Made by a program: the position numbers and the translations under genes
Source of the DNA: a virus
Length of the DNA: 64,000 nt
IMG/VR virus record: IMGVR_UViG_3300036851_000225
Span: 6,018-70,017 of that record
Direction: 5' to 3' (one strand)
Part shown: piece after piece, positions 27,770 through 37,129 of the stretch
Layout: every line of letters begins with the position of its first letter
How positions within the stretch are numbered: the first letter of the stretch is position 1
Notes under the pieces: generated by a model
What the model was told of the DNA's origin: nothing
Seen by the model: the letters and a program-made list of their open reading frames with translations, nothing else
The model's database searches: none

Positions 27770-27811
27770 GAGCCGATTAGGCGCGAGAGTGAGCCGATTA
27801 GTGAGCCGATT
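27770..27811 (+). repeat. Three GAGCCGATT direct repeats
   Basis: Copies at 27770, 27791, 27803. Confidence 0.75.
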
Positions 27812-27883
27812 GCGCGTGACCTTTCGTGCTATCTATGCTATCATTGATATATGGAAGTAGAGATAGCACGAAAGGTCACGACA

Positions 27884-28174
27884 ATGGCACAGTTCCCCCA
27901 AACATTCCAAGAGCTACGAACGGAATTTGATCTGATCGCACAGATGAACGATGACCAGGTACGCGCACGTCACGCCGAATGGGTGGCAGAAAAAATCGCT
28001 GCCGATGCCGAACCGGAAGGTAGCGAGCGCTACTATCTCGCCTGGAAGGCGGGCTGGCGCTACAGCGATGAACTACGCGCTATCCGTGTTGACGAACTCC
28101 GTGCGAAAGGCGACAGCGCCGGAGAGTTCGCCCTGGCAATGGGCATTGGGCTGACGACGCAGGAGGATCTGTGA
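27884..28174 (+). CDS. Hypothetical protein
   Basis: GAAAGGT RBS. Confidence 0.55.
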   Translation: MAQFPQTFQELRTEFDLIAQMNDDQVRARHAEWVAEKIAADAEPEGSERYYLAWKAGWRYSDELRAIRVDELRAKGDSAGEFALAMGIGLTTQEDL

Positions 28175-28536
28175 TGCCACAATTCCTTATCCGCGACGTG
28201 TCCGCCGAAGCGGCGGCAGCAATCAAGGCCCAGGCCGCCGCTGCTGGAAAGTCGGTTGAACCGTTCCTCCGTGACTGGATAGAGAGCCACATCGACAAGC
28301 CGGTTATCAGTGAGCGCTACGGCTATCGTGCCGCAGGGCCGGGCAAAGCCGTGATAAAGCGCCACAGCAGCCACCCGAACGGGACGGCTGCAACGGGCGA
28401 GGGATGGAGCCAGGAGCAAGCCGACGCAGTGGAGCGCGCCAAACTACTTATGCAGCGCAACGGACCGGGTGATAGGGAGCAAGCGGTGGCGCTGCTCCAG
28501 ACGCACTTCGAGATCGTCGTGGAGGTCGCACCGTAG
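28171..28536 (+). CDS. Ribbon-helix-helix (FitA/Arc-like) protein
   Basis: MPQFLIRDVS....AIKAQAAAAGKSVEPFLRDWI. Confidence 0.7.
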   Translation: MMPQFLIRDVSAEAAAAIKAQAAAAGKSVEPFLRDWIESHIDKPVISERYGYRAAGPGKAVIKRHSSHPNGTAATGEGWSQEQADAVERAKLLMQRNGPGDREQAVALLQTHFEIVVEVAP

Positions 28537-29037
28537 ATGCCATACAGCACTGAAGCGCTAGATCGCCTCATACGCCTACTGGCAGCGCTCACTGCTGACT
28601 GGCAAGATCGGGATGTCTTGATAGAGATCGTCGGTCTCTATCCTGAAACCCCCGGCGCGGCGATGCGTATGCTGCCACGAGACATCAAAGCGCTCCGGTC
28701 GCTCGGCTTCATTATCGAGCGTGCGCCGGAGCACCATAATCCTATCTTCCGACTTGTCGGTCACGAGCGCTTCGGCGCGGAAATCAGGGTCAAATACTGC
28801 AAGCGGTGTGACCAGTGGCGACCGCTGGCGGACTTTTTCAAAGACCATACCCGCCCATCAGAGAAAAGTATCTACTGCCGCTTTTGTAACGCGGCGGCGG
28901 GCACGGCGTGGTACAAAACGCCTGTGGGCCTGGAATACGCCCGTAGGCAAAACAAAGCCTACCGTACAAAGCACCGCGAGCGCATCAACGCCCGTTGGCG
29001 TATGCGGTACCATCGGCGCAAGAAGAGCGTTGTTTGA
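28537..29037 (+). CDS. wHTH (PafB/WYL N-terminal-like) fused to a Cys4 Zn-finger
   Basis: RLIRLLAAL..RMLPRDIKALRSLGFII; CKRC...CRFC; basic tail. Confidence 0.6.
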   Translation: MPYSTEALDRLIRLLAALTADWQDRDVLIEIVGLYPETPGAAMRMLPRDIKALRSLGFIIERAPEHHNPIFRLVGHERFGAEIRVKYCKRCDQWRPLADFFKDHTRPSEKSIYCRFCNAAAGTAWYKTPVGLEYARRQNKAYRTKHRERINARWRMRYHRRKKSVV

Positions 29038-29119
29038 AGCGCTGGCTCAAGCGCTGCTGGCGATTGACTGACCACCCGCCATTGTGGCCGGGTGGAGCGT
29101 TGAAACAGAGGAGACTGAG

Positions 29120-29434
29120 ATGCGAACAATGATACAGGTGCCCCAGCAGGAGATCGTGGCAAGAGCCGTCTCGCAGAATATTCCACTAGCAAACATACTG
29201 CCGTTTCCGGTAGATGCGATCCAGCATCCAGAAATCGGCTGGGTACTGGATGAGCAGGAAGGGGCGCAATCCCCCGGCTCTGCCTATGATCAGGGACAGG
29301 GGCCAGACGGCCTTTTTAAGCTCCTGCTTAAGGTGCAAGTGGAGATGAACGAGCCGATCCTTGACGCCGTACTTGCGAGCGACGGCTGGTGGTGGAGAAT
29401 TTGCCATCCGTGGAAATATGGATTAGTGGATTAG
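29120..29434 (+). CDS. Hypothetical protein
   Basis: GAGGAG RBS. Confidence 0.5.
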   Translation: MRTMIQVPQQEIVARAVSQNIPLANILPFPVDAIQHPEIGWVLDEQEGAQSPGSAYDQGQGPDGLFKLLLKVQVEMNEPILDAVLASDGWWWRICHPWKYGLVD

Positions 29435-29468
29435 CGCCGTCTGAGCGCGGCGACGAAAGGACAAGGAA

Positions 29469-29684
29469 ATGTATCGCTGTATTCACTGTGGCTCGCCCAC
29501 AGGCGAGACGATGCAGGAGGCGCAGGAATGCGCACGGAAAGAGCACGGCATAGGAGTATGCGTCTCCGACTGCCGCTACTGTAATGAGCACGTCCGGCAC
29601 GCGGCGCATACGTGCGCCAATGTGCGGGCGGGCGAGCCTCTGCCGCAGTACGTTGCAGAGTTCAATGCGTACTGGAGGCGCTAG
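29469..29684 (+). CDS. Small Cys/His-rich protein
   Basis: CIHC, CRYC, HTC. Confidence 0.5.
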   Translation: MYRCIHCGSPTGETMQEAQECARKEHGIGVCVSDCRYCNEHVRHAAHTCANVRAGEPLPQYVAEFNAYWRR

Positions 29685-30069
29685 CGCTGCCAGAGCGCGG
29701 CTGAAAGGACAAGGATAGTGGAATACACAACGATACGAAGCCACAACAACCCCGATCCGTCGTGGTTCGCACTCAAGGAGTTTTGGAAATGATGATCCGA
29801 TTCACGGGAACGCTGGAGGATGCGCCTCGATGCATCCAGGATAGAATCAGGAAACAGACTGGCGCTCATATCCCGATCCAGCCGGGAGACATCCACAGTG
29901 GGGTCATCCACGTCGAAGGTCCCTTTGACGAGGGGGCTACGTGCTACTGGACGTATGACGCCACGTGGCCGCAAATGAATCGGCCATACAAGATATATCT
30001 ACCGGCGGAAACGCCGGAAAACGCCACAGACCTTGCGGAGTGGCGAGTACGCCAGGCATGGAGAAGACT

Positions 30070-30414
30070 ATGAGCACAACATATCTGTTCTGTCCAGGCG
30101 ACGAAACCTGGACAGGGGACCATTGGCGGACGACAAGCGGCAGCATTGGCCGTGTGCAGCACGACGGGGTGTTCAAGGGCGCGCCGGTCAGCCTCTCCCT
30201 GGAAACGGGCTTGCAAGAGGCGCGACAGGCCGGGCAGCCGGTCAAGTTCGACTTTGGAAAAGGCTTCGGCCTCCAGGTCGTTCCTGGTCAGACGCCGGAA
30301 GAAATGCTAGCGGCGTATAACGCCAAGCGGCAAGAGATTGCCGCTGTGGAGCAGGGCGTTGCCACAAGCCAGGCCGAAAACTATCGGCGCTGGCTGGAGA
30401 GTGGGAAGCGATGA
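30070..30414 (+). CDS. Hypothetical protein
   Basis: GGAGA RBS. Confidence 0.5.
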   Translation: MSTTYLFCPGDETWTGDHWRTTSGSIGRVQHDGVFKGAPVSLSLETGLQEARQAGQPVKFDFGKGFGLQVVPGQTPEEMLAAYNAKRQEIAAVEQGVATSQAENYRRWLESGKR

Positions 30415-30481
30415 TGATCATTGCTGAAACATATCGTGGGTCCGGGCGGCTCACATGGGTAACGCCCAACTGATCGACCCA

Positions 30482-30631
30482 TTGCACTGATCGCCAAGCG
30501 GATGTATACTGACTACTGCTTAGGCCGTAGTTGACGTTCGCTCAACTGTACTGTAGACTAATCATAGCCTGTTCCTGGCAGCTACGGCCTAAGCAACCTA
30601 GTAGCAAATGCCAGGGACGGGCTAACTTTTT
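30482..30631 (+). promoter_or_regulatory. Promoter and attenuator-like leader
   Basis: TTGCAC-17-TATACT; terminator stem 30565-30624 with T-tract; loop complementary to 30517-30533. Confidence 0.65.
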
Positions 30632-30643
30632 GTTAGGAGGAAA

Positions 30644-30880
30644 GTGATGGAATGGACGGACGTAAGGGGTGCGTACACCTACGCCTACGTCGGTTTATTG
30701 TTTCGATTGTGGGTTTTTACCATGTCCGATCAGAAATATAAAGTGGAGATTGATAGCCCGATAGGAGGCAGTGTCATTTTTAGATTGCACGGTATTGCCA
30801 CACTTGACGAGGCGAAAGCCGCCGCTGTAGCGCGTGCCAGGGAGTTGTTGCAAGAGGCGCTGAAAGAACTGGAGGACTAA
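30644..30880 (+). CDS. Hypothetical protein
   Basis: AGGAGG RBS. Confidence 0.55.
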   Translation: MMEWTDVRGAYTYAYVGLLFRLWVFTMSDQKYKVEIDSPIGGSVIFRLHGIATLDEAKAAAVARARELLQEALKELED

Positions 30881-30883
30881 GCC

Positions 30884-31252
30884 ATGAAGTTCGACATGAC
30901 ACAGCCTTGCGCTGATTGTCCATTCCGCTACGATATTCAAGGTTATCTACGCGAAGAACGCGCCGCAGAAATTGCCGAAGCACTCTTGAATGACGCCTCA
31001 TTTACCTGCCACAAGACGAACAGCTTTATCGAAGATGACGACGGCAATAGCGAAACAGTGGAAACGGACGATAGTCAACATTGCGCTGATGCGCTGATCT
31101 TTTTGGAGCGTCAAGATCGGCCTAATCAGATCATGCGCTGGATGGAGCGGATCAGGTTGTATGATCGGCGCAAATTGAACATGGAAGCGCCAGTATTTGA
31201 CGAAGCCGAGACGTTCATCGAGCATCACGCCTTCGCGACAGAAAGATCGTAA
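30884..31252 (+). CDS. Conserved Cys-rich phage protein
   Basis: PCADCPFR..FTCHKT..QHC. Confidence 0.65.
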   Translation: MKFDMTQPCADCPFRYDIQGYLREERAAEIAEALLNDASFTCHKTNSFIEDDDGNSETVETDDSQHCADALIFLERQDRPNQIMRWMERIRLYDRRKLNMEAPVFDEAETFIEHHAFATERS

Positions 31253-31461
31253 TGGCACCACGATCACAGCTTGCCGACTGTGCAGCCGATGTGCGAACGC
31301 TGCACAGCCAGGGCAAATCACAGTGGGAGATTGCAGAGTTGCTCGGCGTAAGCCAGACGACGATCTATCGCTGGCTGCCGCAACTGGGGTTGACGCCTCG
31401 GACAAAAGCCGATCCGAGGCCGAAGATGAAGGGGAAGCATTGGACATGGGATAGGAAGTGA
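31252..31461 (+). CDS. HTH protein
   Basis: GKSQWEIAELLGVSQTTIYRWL. Confidence 0.75.
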   Translation: MAPRSQLADCAADVRTLHSQGKSQWEIAELLGVSQTTIYRWLPQLGLTPRTKADPRPKMKGKHWTWDRK

Positions 31462-31560
31462 GGAGCGTTATGGCACTATGGGAGATGATTGAAATAGTGC
31501 TAATCGTCGCTATCGTCGGTGGAGTGATATGGACGTTCATTCGACACGAAAGGAAAGACG

Positions 31561-32004
31561 ATGAGTGAGGTAACGAGTAGACCGATCAATGGTAGGCGCA
31601 CATCGCACATTACGACCGCCGAGCAAATGAGCCGAGCCGAGCCGGGATTATATCGCATCATTGCGGTGTTATTTTGGCTTTTTTCGTTCAGCGGCAATAT
31701 GCTGATGTTCGGAGGGGGATGGCAACAACTTGGCTTGAATGAGCATACCGCTACAGCATTTGGCATATCGCTCGCCTGGCAAGTAATTTGCACTGCATTG
31801 CAGTTTGTTTGCTGTAAGCACTGGTACAATCCGGTGTACCTTATAGCGCTTGTGGCAAGCGTTGTGCCTGCGTTCATCGGCTACTACCCAGTTGTTGTTA
31901 TCCCGCTTGCCCAGCGCTTGACACACCCGCTATCATGGGTAATAGTAGCAGTGGTACTCATTGCCACTGACATTATTCCAGAGCGAGTATTCATTAAGCA
32001 CTGA
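31561..32004 (+). CDS. Multi-pass membrane protein
   Basis: About four hydrophobic segments. Confidence 0.6.
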   Translation: MSEVTSRPINGRRTSHITTAEQMSRAEPGLYRIIAVLFWLFSFSGNMLMFGGGWQQLGLNEHTATAFGISLAWQVICTALQFVCCKHWYNPVYLIALVASVVPAFIGYYPVVVIPLAQRLTHPLSWVIVAVVLIATDIIPERVFIKH

Positions 32005-32023
32005 GGGGGAGAGGGGTAAGCCA

Positions 32024-32536
32024 ATGGACCCACTGCTATTCACTTTTGTCATGCTCTTTGGACTGCTTATACTTTACGGTATACTGAAGATGGCAGGGCG
32101 CTTTACCCACCCAGCCTCACCACCTACCGCTGTGCTTACGTCAAGTACCACGGCTGCCGAAGAGCCAATGATGCCTGGTGCGCAGCCCCGTGCGGAGAAC
32201 GCACCGATAGCCGCAACGCCAATTGCAACGCCACGCAACGAGATCACGGACCCCGTGATCGTTGCGGAAAACGCAACGATCAAAGCACTTGCCATTATGA
32301 TCACCGAGAGCCGCAAGAAGTCATTGCACGAGGGGAGAGTACCAGAGGCAAAGGGACTTGAATGGCTCTTTAATGTAAAGCGTTCCGGTGATCCAAAATC
32401 GGAATACCAGCGCTTACGAGTACTGTTGCAGAAAGAATTAGATCAGTTAAAGCCTCCTGATCCAAAGCCGCAATACCCCCCACTTACTCCTGAGCAGCAA
32501 AAGTTAAGAGAGCAATTAGAACTAGAAAAGGGATAG
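32024..32536 (+). CDS. Membrane-anchored protein
   Basis: N-terminal TM followed by a Pro/Ala/Thr linker. Confidence 0.55.
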   Translation: MDPLLFTFVMLFGLLILYGILKMAGRFTHPASPPTAVLTSSTTAAEEPMMPGAQPRAENAPIAATPIATPRNEITDPVIVAENATIKALAIMITESRKKSLHEGRVPEAKGLEWLFNVKRSGDPKSEYQRLRVLLQKELDQLKPPDPKPQYPPLTPEQQKLREQLELEKG

Positions 32537-32565
32537 CCCACCTCGCTACCCCTCCCACCTTGTTA

Positions 32566-32639
32566 TGGCTCCGGCTGGATTTGCACCAGCGCCCTCCGGC
32601 CTCTCAAGCCGATGCACTCACTAACCGTGCTGCGGAGCC
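32566..32639 (-). tRNA. Atypical tRNA, anticodon GAG (Leu), short variable loop, CCA not encoded
   Basis: GGCTCCG/CGGAGCC acceptor; GCAC/GTGC D-stem; TCGGC-TTGAGAG-GCCGG; GCTGG-TGCAAAT-CCAGC. Confidence 0.8.
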
Positions 32640-32663
32640 ATATTCAGTGCAATCGATCGAACA

Positions 32664-33074
32664 TCAGGGCAAATTTTTGAGTGTCGAGGTGAACGCTTGA
32701 ACTGCCCTTTTGTGCTCTGACCGCAAATTGATAAGCATCTCAACAAAATCAAAATGTTCGTCGGGTAGACTTTCGAGCATCGCTGCAACGCGCTCTCTGC
32801 GTTCGTAGTTTGCCCCAATGCCTCTCAGCCGATAGCCCGCAGCCTCGATAAAACGATCAAGCGGCTCGTCAAGCGCCAGTGCGATCAGCGCCAAATTGTG
32901 TAGATTTGGCTCTACATCTGGATTGGTCATCATATTGCTCAATGTACTGATTGTCACACCCTTTCCCTTAAATCCCGACTTCTCAGCGGCGATCTCTGTT
33001 TCCCGCCCCACCTCCCTTAAACTCCATCCTTTTGCCTCTCTCAATTGCTCAATAAGCGATGCCAATGCACTCAT
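32664..33074 (-). CDS. XRE-family HTH regulator
   Basis: LREAKGWSLREV...TISTLSNM..PNLHNLALIALAL. Confidence 0.8.
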   Translation of the reverse strand: MSALASLIEQLREAKGWSLREVGRETEIAAEKSGFKGKGVTISTLSNMMTNPDVEPNLHNLALIALALDEPLDRFIEAAGYRLRGIGANYERRERVAAMLESLPDEHFDFVEMLINLRSEHKRAVQAFTSTLKNLP

Positions 33075-33086
33075 AATCCGCCCCTT

Positions 33087-33458
33087 CTATGCTGACCCAC
33101 TACAACTTGCTATCCCATATGCGCTTGTTGATGTTCCCTCTTGTACCACTCTGCCATTCGCCGTAATCTTACACGAGACAGAGCCACGCTCCCCCTTCTT
33201 TTGTGCCGATAGATACAAAAACTGTCCCGGCTTCGCTTCAAACTTCAGGCTCCATGCCGCTATCACATCGATTTGCTCAGTTGCGCCACTCGCATTGCGA
33301 TACGTCAAACTGACCTCGAAAGCCGTTCCGCTAATCGAGTAGACGACGGGTACCGGCTGCACAACGATTGGAGTTGCACGAGGGGTTTGCCGTAGCGGAG
33401 AAGGACCGCAAGCAGAGAGAATTGACAGCAGGAGTATCATTAAAAAATCGTAGCGCAT
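33087..33458 (-). CDS. Lipoprotein (MmpS-like beta domain), candidate superinfection exclusion
   Basis: LLLSILSAC lipobox; VVYSISG..VSCKITANG..ASC. Confidence 0.65.
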   Translation of the reverse strand: MRYDFLMILLLSILSACGPSPLRQTPRATPIVVQPVPVVYSISGTAFEVSLTYRNASGATEQIDVIAAWSLKFEAKPGQFLYLSAQKKGERGSVSCKITANGRVVQEGTSTSAYGIASCSGSA

Positions 33459-33846
33459 GATTACGTTTTTCTCATCGAAATACGGATTGACACGATGCAA
33501 TGTAGAATGTTATGCTTGCTTTTTATTGTGCAGAATGTGAATCAAGTTCACTTACGACCCACTCTTCGTTCCACTCCTACCCGCTGCAACTGACCCTGCA
33601 ATCCACGCCGATTGCGTCTTTGCGTTCAATCAGCACCATGCCCGTGCTCTTCTCACATATACAGCATTCTTTTTTGTATCAAGGGCCTGGGTATGATCAC
33701 TCCTCTGTCCATTCGTTGCATTGCAACCATTTGTCTTTTGCTGCTACCGGCAACAAGCGTATACCTCAATTCGATGACAATAGCCGAGTTAAGCGGTATA
33801 GCCGGATTGCTCATTCTCAAAATAGCGTTGAGGATCAGCTACCAGA

Positions 33847-34278
33847 CTACCGTAGCTCAGAGCTTACGATACGCAAGGCTTCAGGTAGCGCAATGCCCCG
33901 ATCAGCAAGATCAGCCAGCCGATCAAGAATATCTGCTGCCTGTAACCGCCGATTAGGTGCAAGTCTTTGCAACTCGGCTATCTCTTGCTGAATTTCAGCG
34001 CCTTGCCCTCTTAGCCAGCGCTCAGCCAATTCTCTGCCCTCGGCAGCAGAGGCATATGAAAGTCCCCTTAAATCAGATGGCCCCTGTAGATAAGCAACGG
34101 CTCGAAGAAATAGATTTGCATCTATCTTCTCTGTCTCCCCTGCCTCCCACCCCTGAAAAGCACGAAGAGACAACCCTAAGTGATCGGCCAGTTCTCGTTG
34201 CGAAATGTCACGACCTAAACGCAGCGCCCTAATAAAAGCTCGCAACGCCGCGCTATCGTTCACCAGTATGGCTGTCAT
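33847..34278 (-). CDS. CI-like XRE repressor
   Basis: IRALRLGRDISQRELADHLGLSLRAFQGWEAG; AAGGAGG RBS; divergent from a cro-like gene. Confidence 0.8.
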   Translation of the reverse strand: MTAILVNDSAALRAFIRALRLGRDISQRELADHLGLSLRAFQGWEAGETEKIDANLFLRAVAYLQGPSDLRGLSYASAAEGRELAERWLRGQGAEIQQEIAELQRLAPNRRLQAADILDRLADLADRGIALPEALRIVSSELR

Positions 34279-34318
34279 TGCTTCCTCCTTTTTCCCCTTC
34301 TCTGACATTGTACTCGCT

Positions 34319-34405
34319 GCGCATATTTTTGCATAGCGCAAGATGTTGCGTATTTTCGTCTTGACAGCGCAAGTTTTTGCGTGTATAATGCGCAGTATAT
34401 TTCGC
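34319..34405. promoter_or_regulatory. Genetic switch: four GCGCA-N6-TGCGY-like operators and a consensus rightward promoter
   Basis: Operators at 34319, 34336, 34367, 34390; TTGACA-17-TATAAT at 34361-34389. Confidence 0.8.
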
Positions 34406-34429
34406 ACTTCTTCTCTAGGAGTAAAGTTG

Positions 34430-34654
34430 ATGAGCAATCCCACACGCTTTCCACGGCTTGTTGCTGCCATTATTGCGCTTGGCTCTACCGATGATGAGCG
34501 AGCGCAAAAATTAAATGTTTCCCGGCGCACGATTACCAATATTAAGAGAGGCATCATCCCCAAACAACTTGATCGTATCGCTATGCATCGTGACTTAGCC
34601 GAAGCCTACTGCCAGGACGCAGCGGCATTGCATATCGTTGAGGTTGAGGCATGA
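34430..34654 (+). CDS. Cro-like HTH protein
   Basis: AQKLNVSRRTITNIKRG. Confidence 0.7.
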   Translation: MSNPTRFPRLVAAIIALGSTDDERAQKLNVSRRTITNIKRGIIPKQLDRIAMHRDLAEAYCQDAAALHIVEVEA

Positions 34655-35118
34655 AAGAAATACCCCTCACTAAAGGCAAAGTTGCGCTAGTAGATGATAG
34701 CGATTTTGAATGGCTAATGCAGTGGAAATGGTATTACCTGGACGATAGAAACGGATATGCACTGCGAAGTTTTAAGAGATCATTGGTATGGATGCATCGT
34801 GTCATTATGAACGCTCCAAAGGACATGCAAGTTGATCACATCAATTGCAACAGTATAGACAATCGGCGCTGTAATCTTCGTCTTTGCAGTCAGAGTGAGA
34901 ACCAAAGAAACCGAGGCGCAACTAAAAAATCGGTAAATGGTTACAAGGGCCTACATTGGCATCGTGGTAAATGGCAAGTTCAAATTACGGTCAATGGACA
35001 AAGCACACATCTTGGCACATTCACCGATGAGATCGAAGCCGCAAAAGCCTATGACAAAGCAGCGCGAGAGCTTCACGGCGAGTTTGCTCGCCTGAATTTT
35101 CCAGCAGAAAGGAGTTGA
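34651..35118 (+). CDS. HNH-AP2 homing endonuclease
   Basis: ALVDDSDFE, MHRVIM, VDHINCNSIDNRRCNLR, AAKAYDKAARELHGEFARLNF. Confidence 0.9.
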   Translation: MKEIPLTKGKVALVDDSDFEWLMQWKWYYLDDRNGYALRSFKRSLVWMHRVIMNAPKDMQVDHINCNSIDNRRCNLRLCSQSENQRNRGATKKSVNGYKGLHWHRGKWQVQITVNGQSTHLGTFTDEIEAAKAYDKAARELHGEFARLNFPAERS

Positions 35119-35127
35119 CATGCAACG

Positions 35128-35352
35128 ATGATACACCTCAGCCAGCCGAATAATGAAGTAGCAATACCTTCCCCTGCCGAAGTCCATGCACTTTGGCAGG
35201 AGGATAGCTATCAATTGGCACTCTTGCTCAGCAAGCTCTCGATTGTCCAACGGCGCGCATTGGCCGTCGAGTACCACGCCTGGCTTAATCGAGACGATCT
35301 CAGTTTCACCGATGTGATTGACGGCCTTCAATGTCTTATGTGTCAAATTTAG
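35128..35352 (+). CDS. Hypothetical protein
   Basis: ORF in the early operon. Confidence 0.45.
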   Translation: MIHLSQPNNEVAIPSPAEVHALWQEDSYQLALLLSKLSIVQRRALAVEYHAWLNRDDLSFTDVIDGLQCLMCQI

Positions 35353-35372
35353 TCGTAAAGGACAAACCCCCG

Positions 35373-35591
35373 ATGACTACGAAACTCCACTCCGACCCGA
35401 TGACTGGCGAGTTTGCCTACGCCTCGCTTGCCGAGAGCGGTATCGAACTTGCCACCGATCAACCCGGCACCTATACCCTTTTCGTCGGCCCCTCGCACGA
35501 CGGCTTGACGCTGAACAGCCACCAGCTCACTGCGCTGCGCGCCTTTCTCAACAATGAGCAAGTTATCAGCCTCATCGCGTCCGGCTACTGA
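35373..35591 (+). CDS. Hypothetical protein
   Basis: AAAGGA RBS. Confidence 0.5.
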   Translation: MTTKLHSDPMTGEFAYASLAESGIELATDQPGTYTLFVGPSHDGLTLNSHQLTALRAFLNNEQVISLIASGY

Positions 35592-35717
35592 GCAACAAAA
35601 ACGTCTGATGCTGCTCAGGGGGTGCAACGCCGCAAGGCAGCATCAGACGTTAGGAGAGTATATATCATACTCCCTATCTTACATATAGTCAATTCGAGAT
35701 GTACTTACGGCGTTGCA
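35592..35717 (-). ncRNA. Putative ~120-nt small RNA
   Basis: Leftward TTGACA-17-TATACT (35751-35723); perfect 15-bp terminator stem 35600-35651 with T-tract; no ORF. Confidence 0.55.
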
Positions 35718-35783
35718 TCTTGAGTATACTACACGGTATAACTAATGTCAATCAGTTTAGTTGATCGAACAGGAGAAGATCGA

Positions 35784-36710
35784 ATGTTTACCGAACTAAC
35801 AACGTACAACGCCAGTATCAATGGCAGCAGTGAGCTCGATGTAATGGCGCTCGGCAAAGTGCTATCCCAAAGTGGCTACTTTCAGGACGCAAAAGAGGCA
35901 GCGCAAGCCGCCGTAAAAGTTCTGGCAGGCCGGGAACTGGGCATTGGGGCAATCGCGGCGATGACAGGAATATTTATCGTCAAAGGCCGAGTGACACTCA
36001 GCGCCAATCTCATCGCCGCGATCATTATGCGCAGTCTCAAATACCGCTATCGCGTCACACGGCTCGATGATACCGGCTGTGAGATTGCATTCTATGAGGG
36101 CAATCAGGAGATTGGGAGAAGTGTGTTCAACGAGGGCGATGCCAAAGCTGCCGGCCTGGCAGGTGGCGACAATTGGCGCAAGTTCCCACGCAATATGTAC
36201 TTTGCCCGCGCTATGAGCAATGGCGCGAAGTGGTACTGTCCTGACGTGTTTGCTGGCCCCGTGTACACTCCCGATGAGCTTGACGACGTTCCATCGCTCC
36301 CTCCTGCTCCACTTGCTGACGTGCTAACGGGAGAAGTTGTCGAGGCCCCGGCACAGCCAGCGCCAAAGCCAAACGGCAACACAAAAGCACTCTACATCAG
36401 CAAGATCAACGCCTTGATCGCCTGTGCTCGGGCTATCGGCATTGAGATCACCGATGCTGATGGCTTGGAGAGTAAAACGCTTGACGAATTGAAGAACGCC
36501 GGCCAGAAGTTGCGCAATGCGATTGCAGAGCACATCGGCCTGCTGCGTGATGAGTGTGTGCGACTGGTAGGCGCTCCGCTGCCAGAAGAGGAGTTGATGA
36601 TCGATCCATTCAAGGCTGATCCGGCTGTAATCCAGCAGCACGGCGAAATGCTCAATGCGCGCATCGTGGCGCTGCAAACATCAGCGCCAGCCGAAGAGGT
36701 GACAGCATGA
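35784..36710 (+). CDS. RecT/Beta-like single-strand annealing recombinase
   Basis: KVLAGRELGIGAIAAMTGIFIVKGR, AKAAGL..NWRKFPRNMYFARA. Confidence 0.75.
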   Translation: MFTELTTYNASINGSSELDVMALGKVLSQSGYFQDAKEAAQAAVKVLAGRELGIGAIAAMTGIFIVKGRVTLSANLIAAIIMRSLKYRYRVTRLDDTGCEIAFYEGNQEIGRSVFNEGDAKAAGLAGGDNWRKFPRNMYFARAMSNGAKWYCPDVFAGPVYTPDELDDVPSLPPAPLADVLTGEVVEAPAQPAPKPNGNTKALYISKINALIACARAIGIEITDADGLESKTLDELKNAGQKLRNAIAEHIGLLRDECVRLVGAPLPEEELMIDPFKADPAVIQQHGEMLNARIVALQTSAPAEEVTA

Positions 36711-37129
36711 CAGAGCAAGAGGCAAAGCCGATCTACACACCCACAGAAGACGAACAGCGCTACGCTGGCCGGAAGTTTGGCAAGCTGACGATCAACGAGA
36801 CAGGCAGCGCTCGTATCAGTGAGCTGGTACGCCAGGGGCTAGGCGAGCAAGAGGCAGTCCAGCAGGTAATGGCGAAAGACGTTATTGCTCTTGGCCTTAG
36901 CTCCCTACCCAAGAATGTAGCGCTGCTATTCGATCTTTTAGTGCATCTCCAGCGCTATTGCGATGATAGTACGCCTATCATAGCCTATCGGGAAGGCTTC
37001 CAGGTCGGATCGGCCTGGGTATGGACGGACGTGGCGAAACTCCTGCCGTCGGCACAGTTTACGCTATTGCCCCATGCGCCACCCGACGCAGTGGCTAATG
37101 TGACTATGAACGTAGGAGGGATGGCATGA
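36707..37129 (+). CDS. Hypothetical protein
   Basis: ATGA coupling. Confidence 0.55.
   Translation: MTEQEAKPIYTPTEDEQRYAGRKFGKLTINETGSARISELVRQGLGEQEAVQQVMAKDVIALGLSSLPKNVALLFDLLVHLQRYCDDSTPIIAYREGFQVGSAWVWTDVAKLLPSAQFTLLPHAPPDAVANVTMNVGGMA

Noticed and set aside
34279-34563. N-terminal extension of the repressor ORF given in the track
   Set aside because: Crosses the operators and the cro gene; a strong RBS supports the start at 34278
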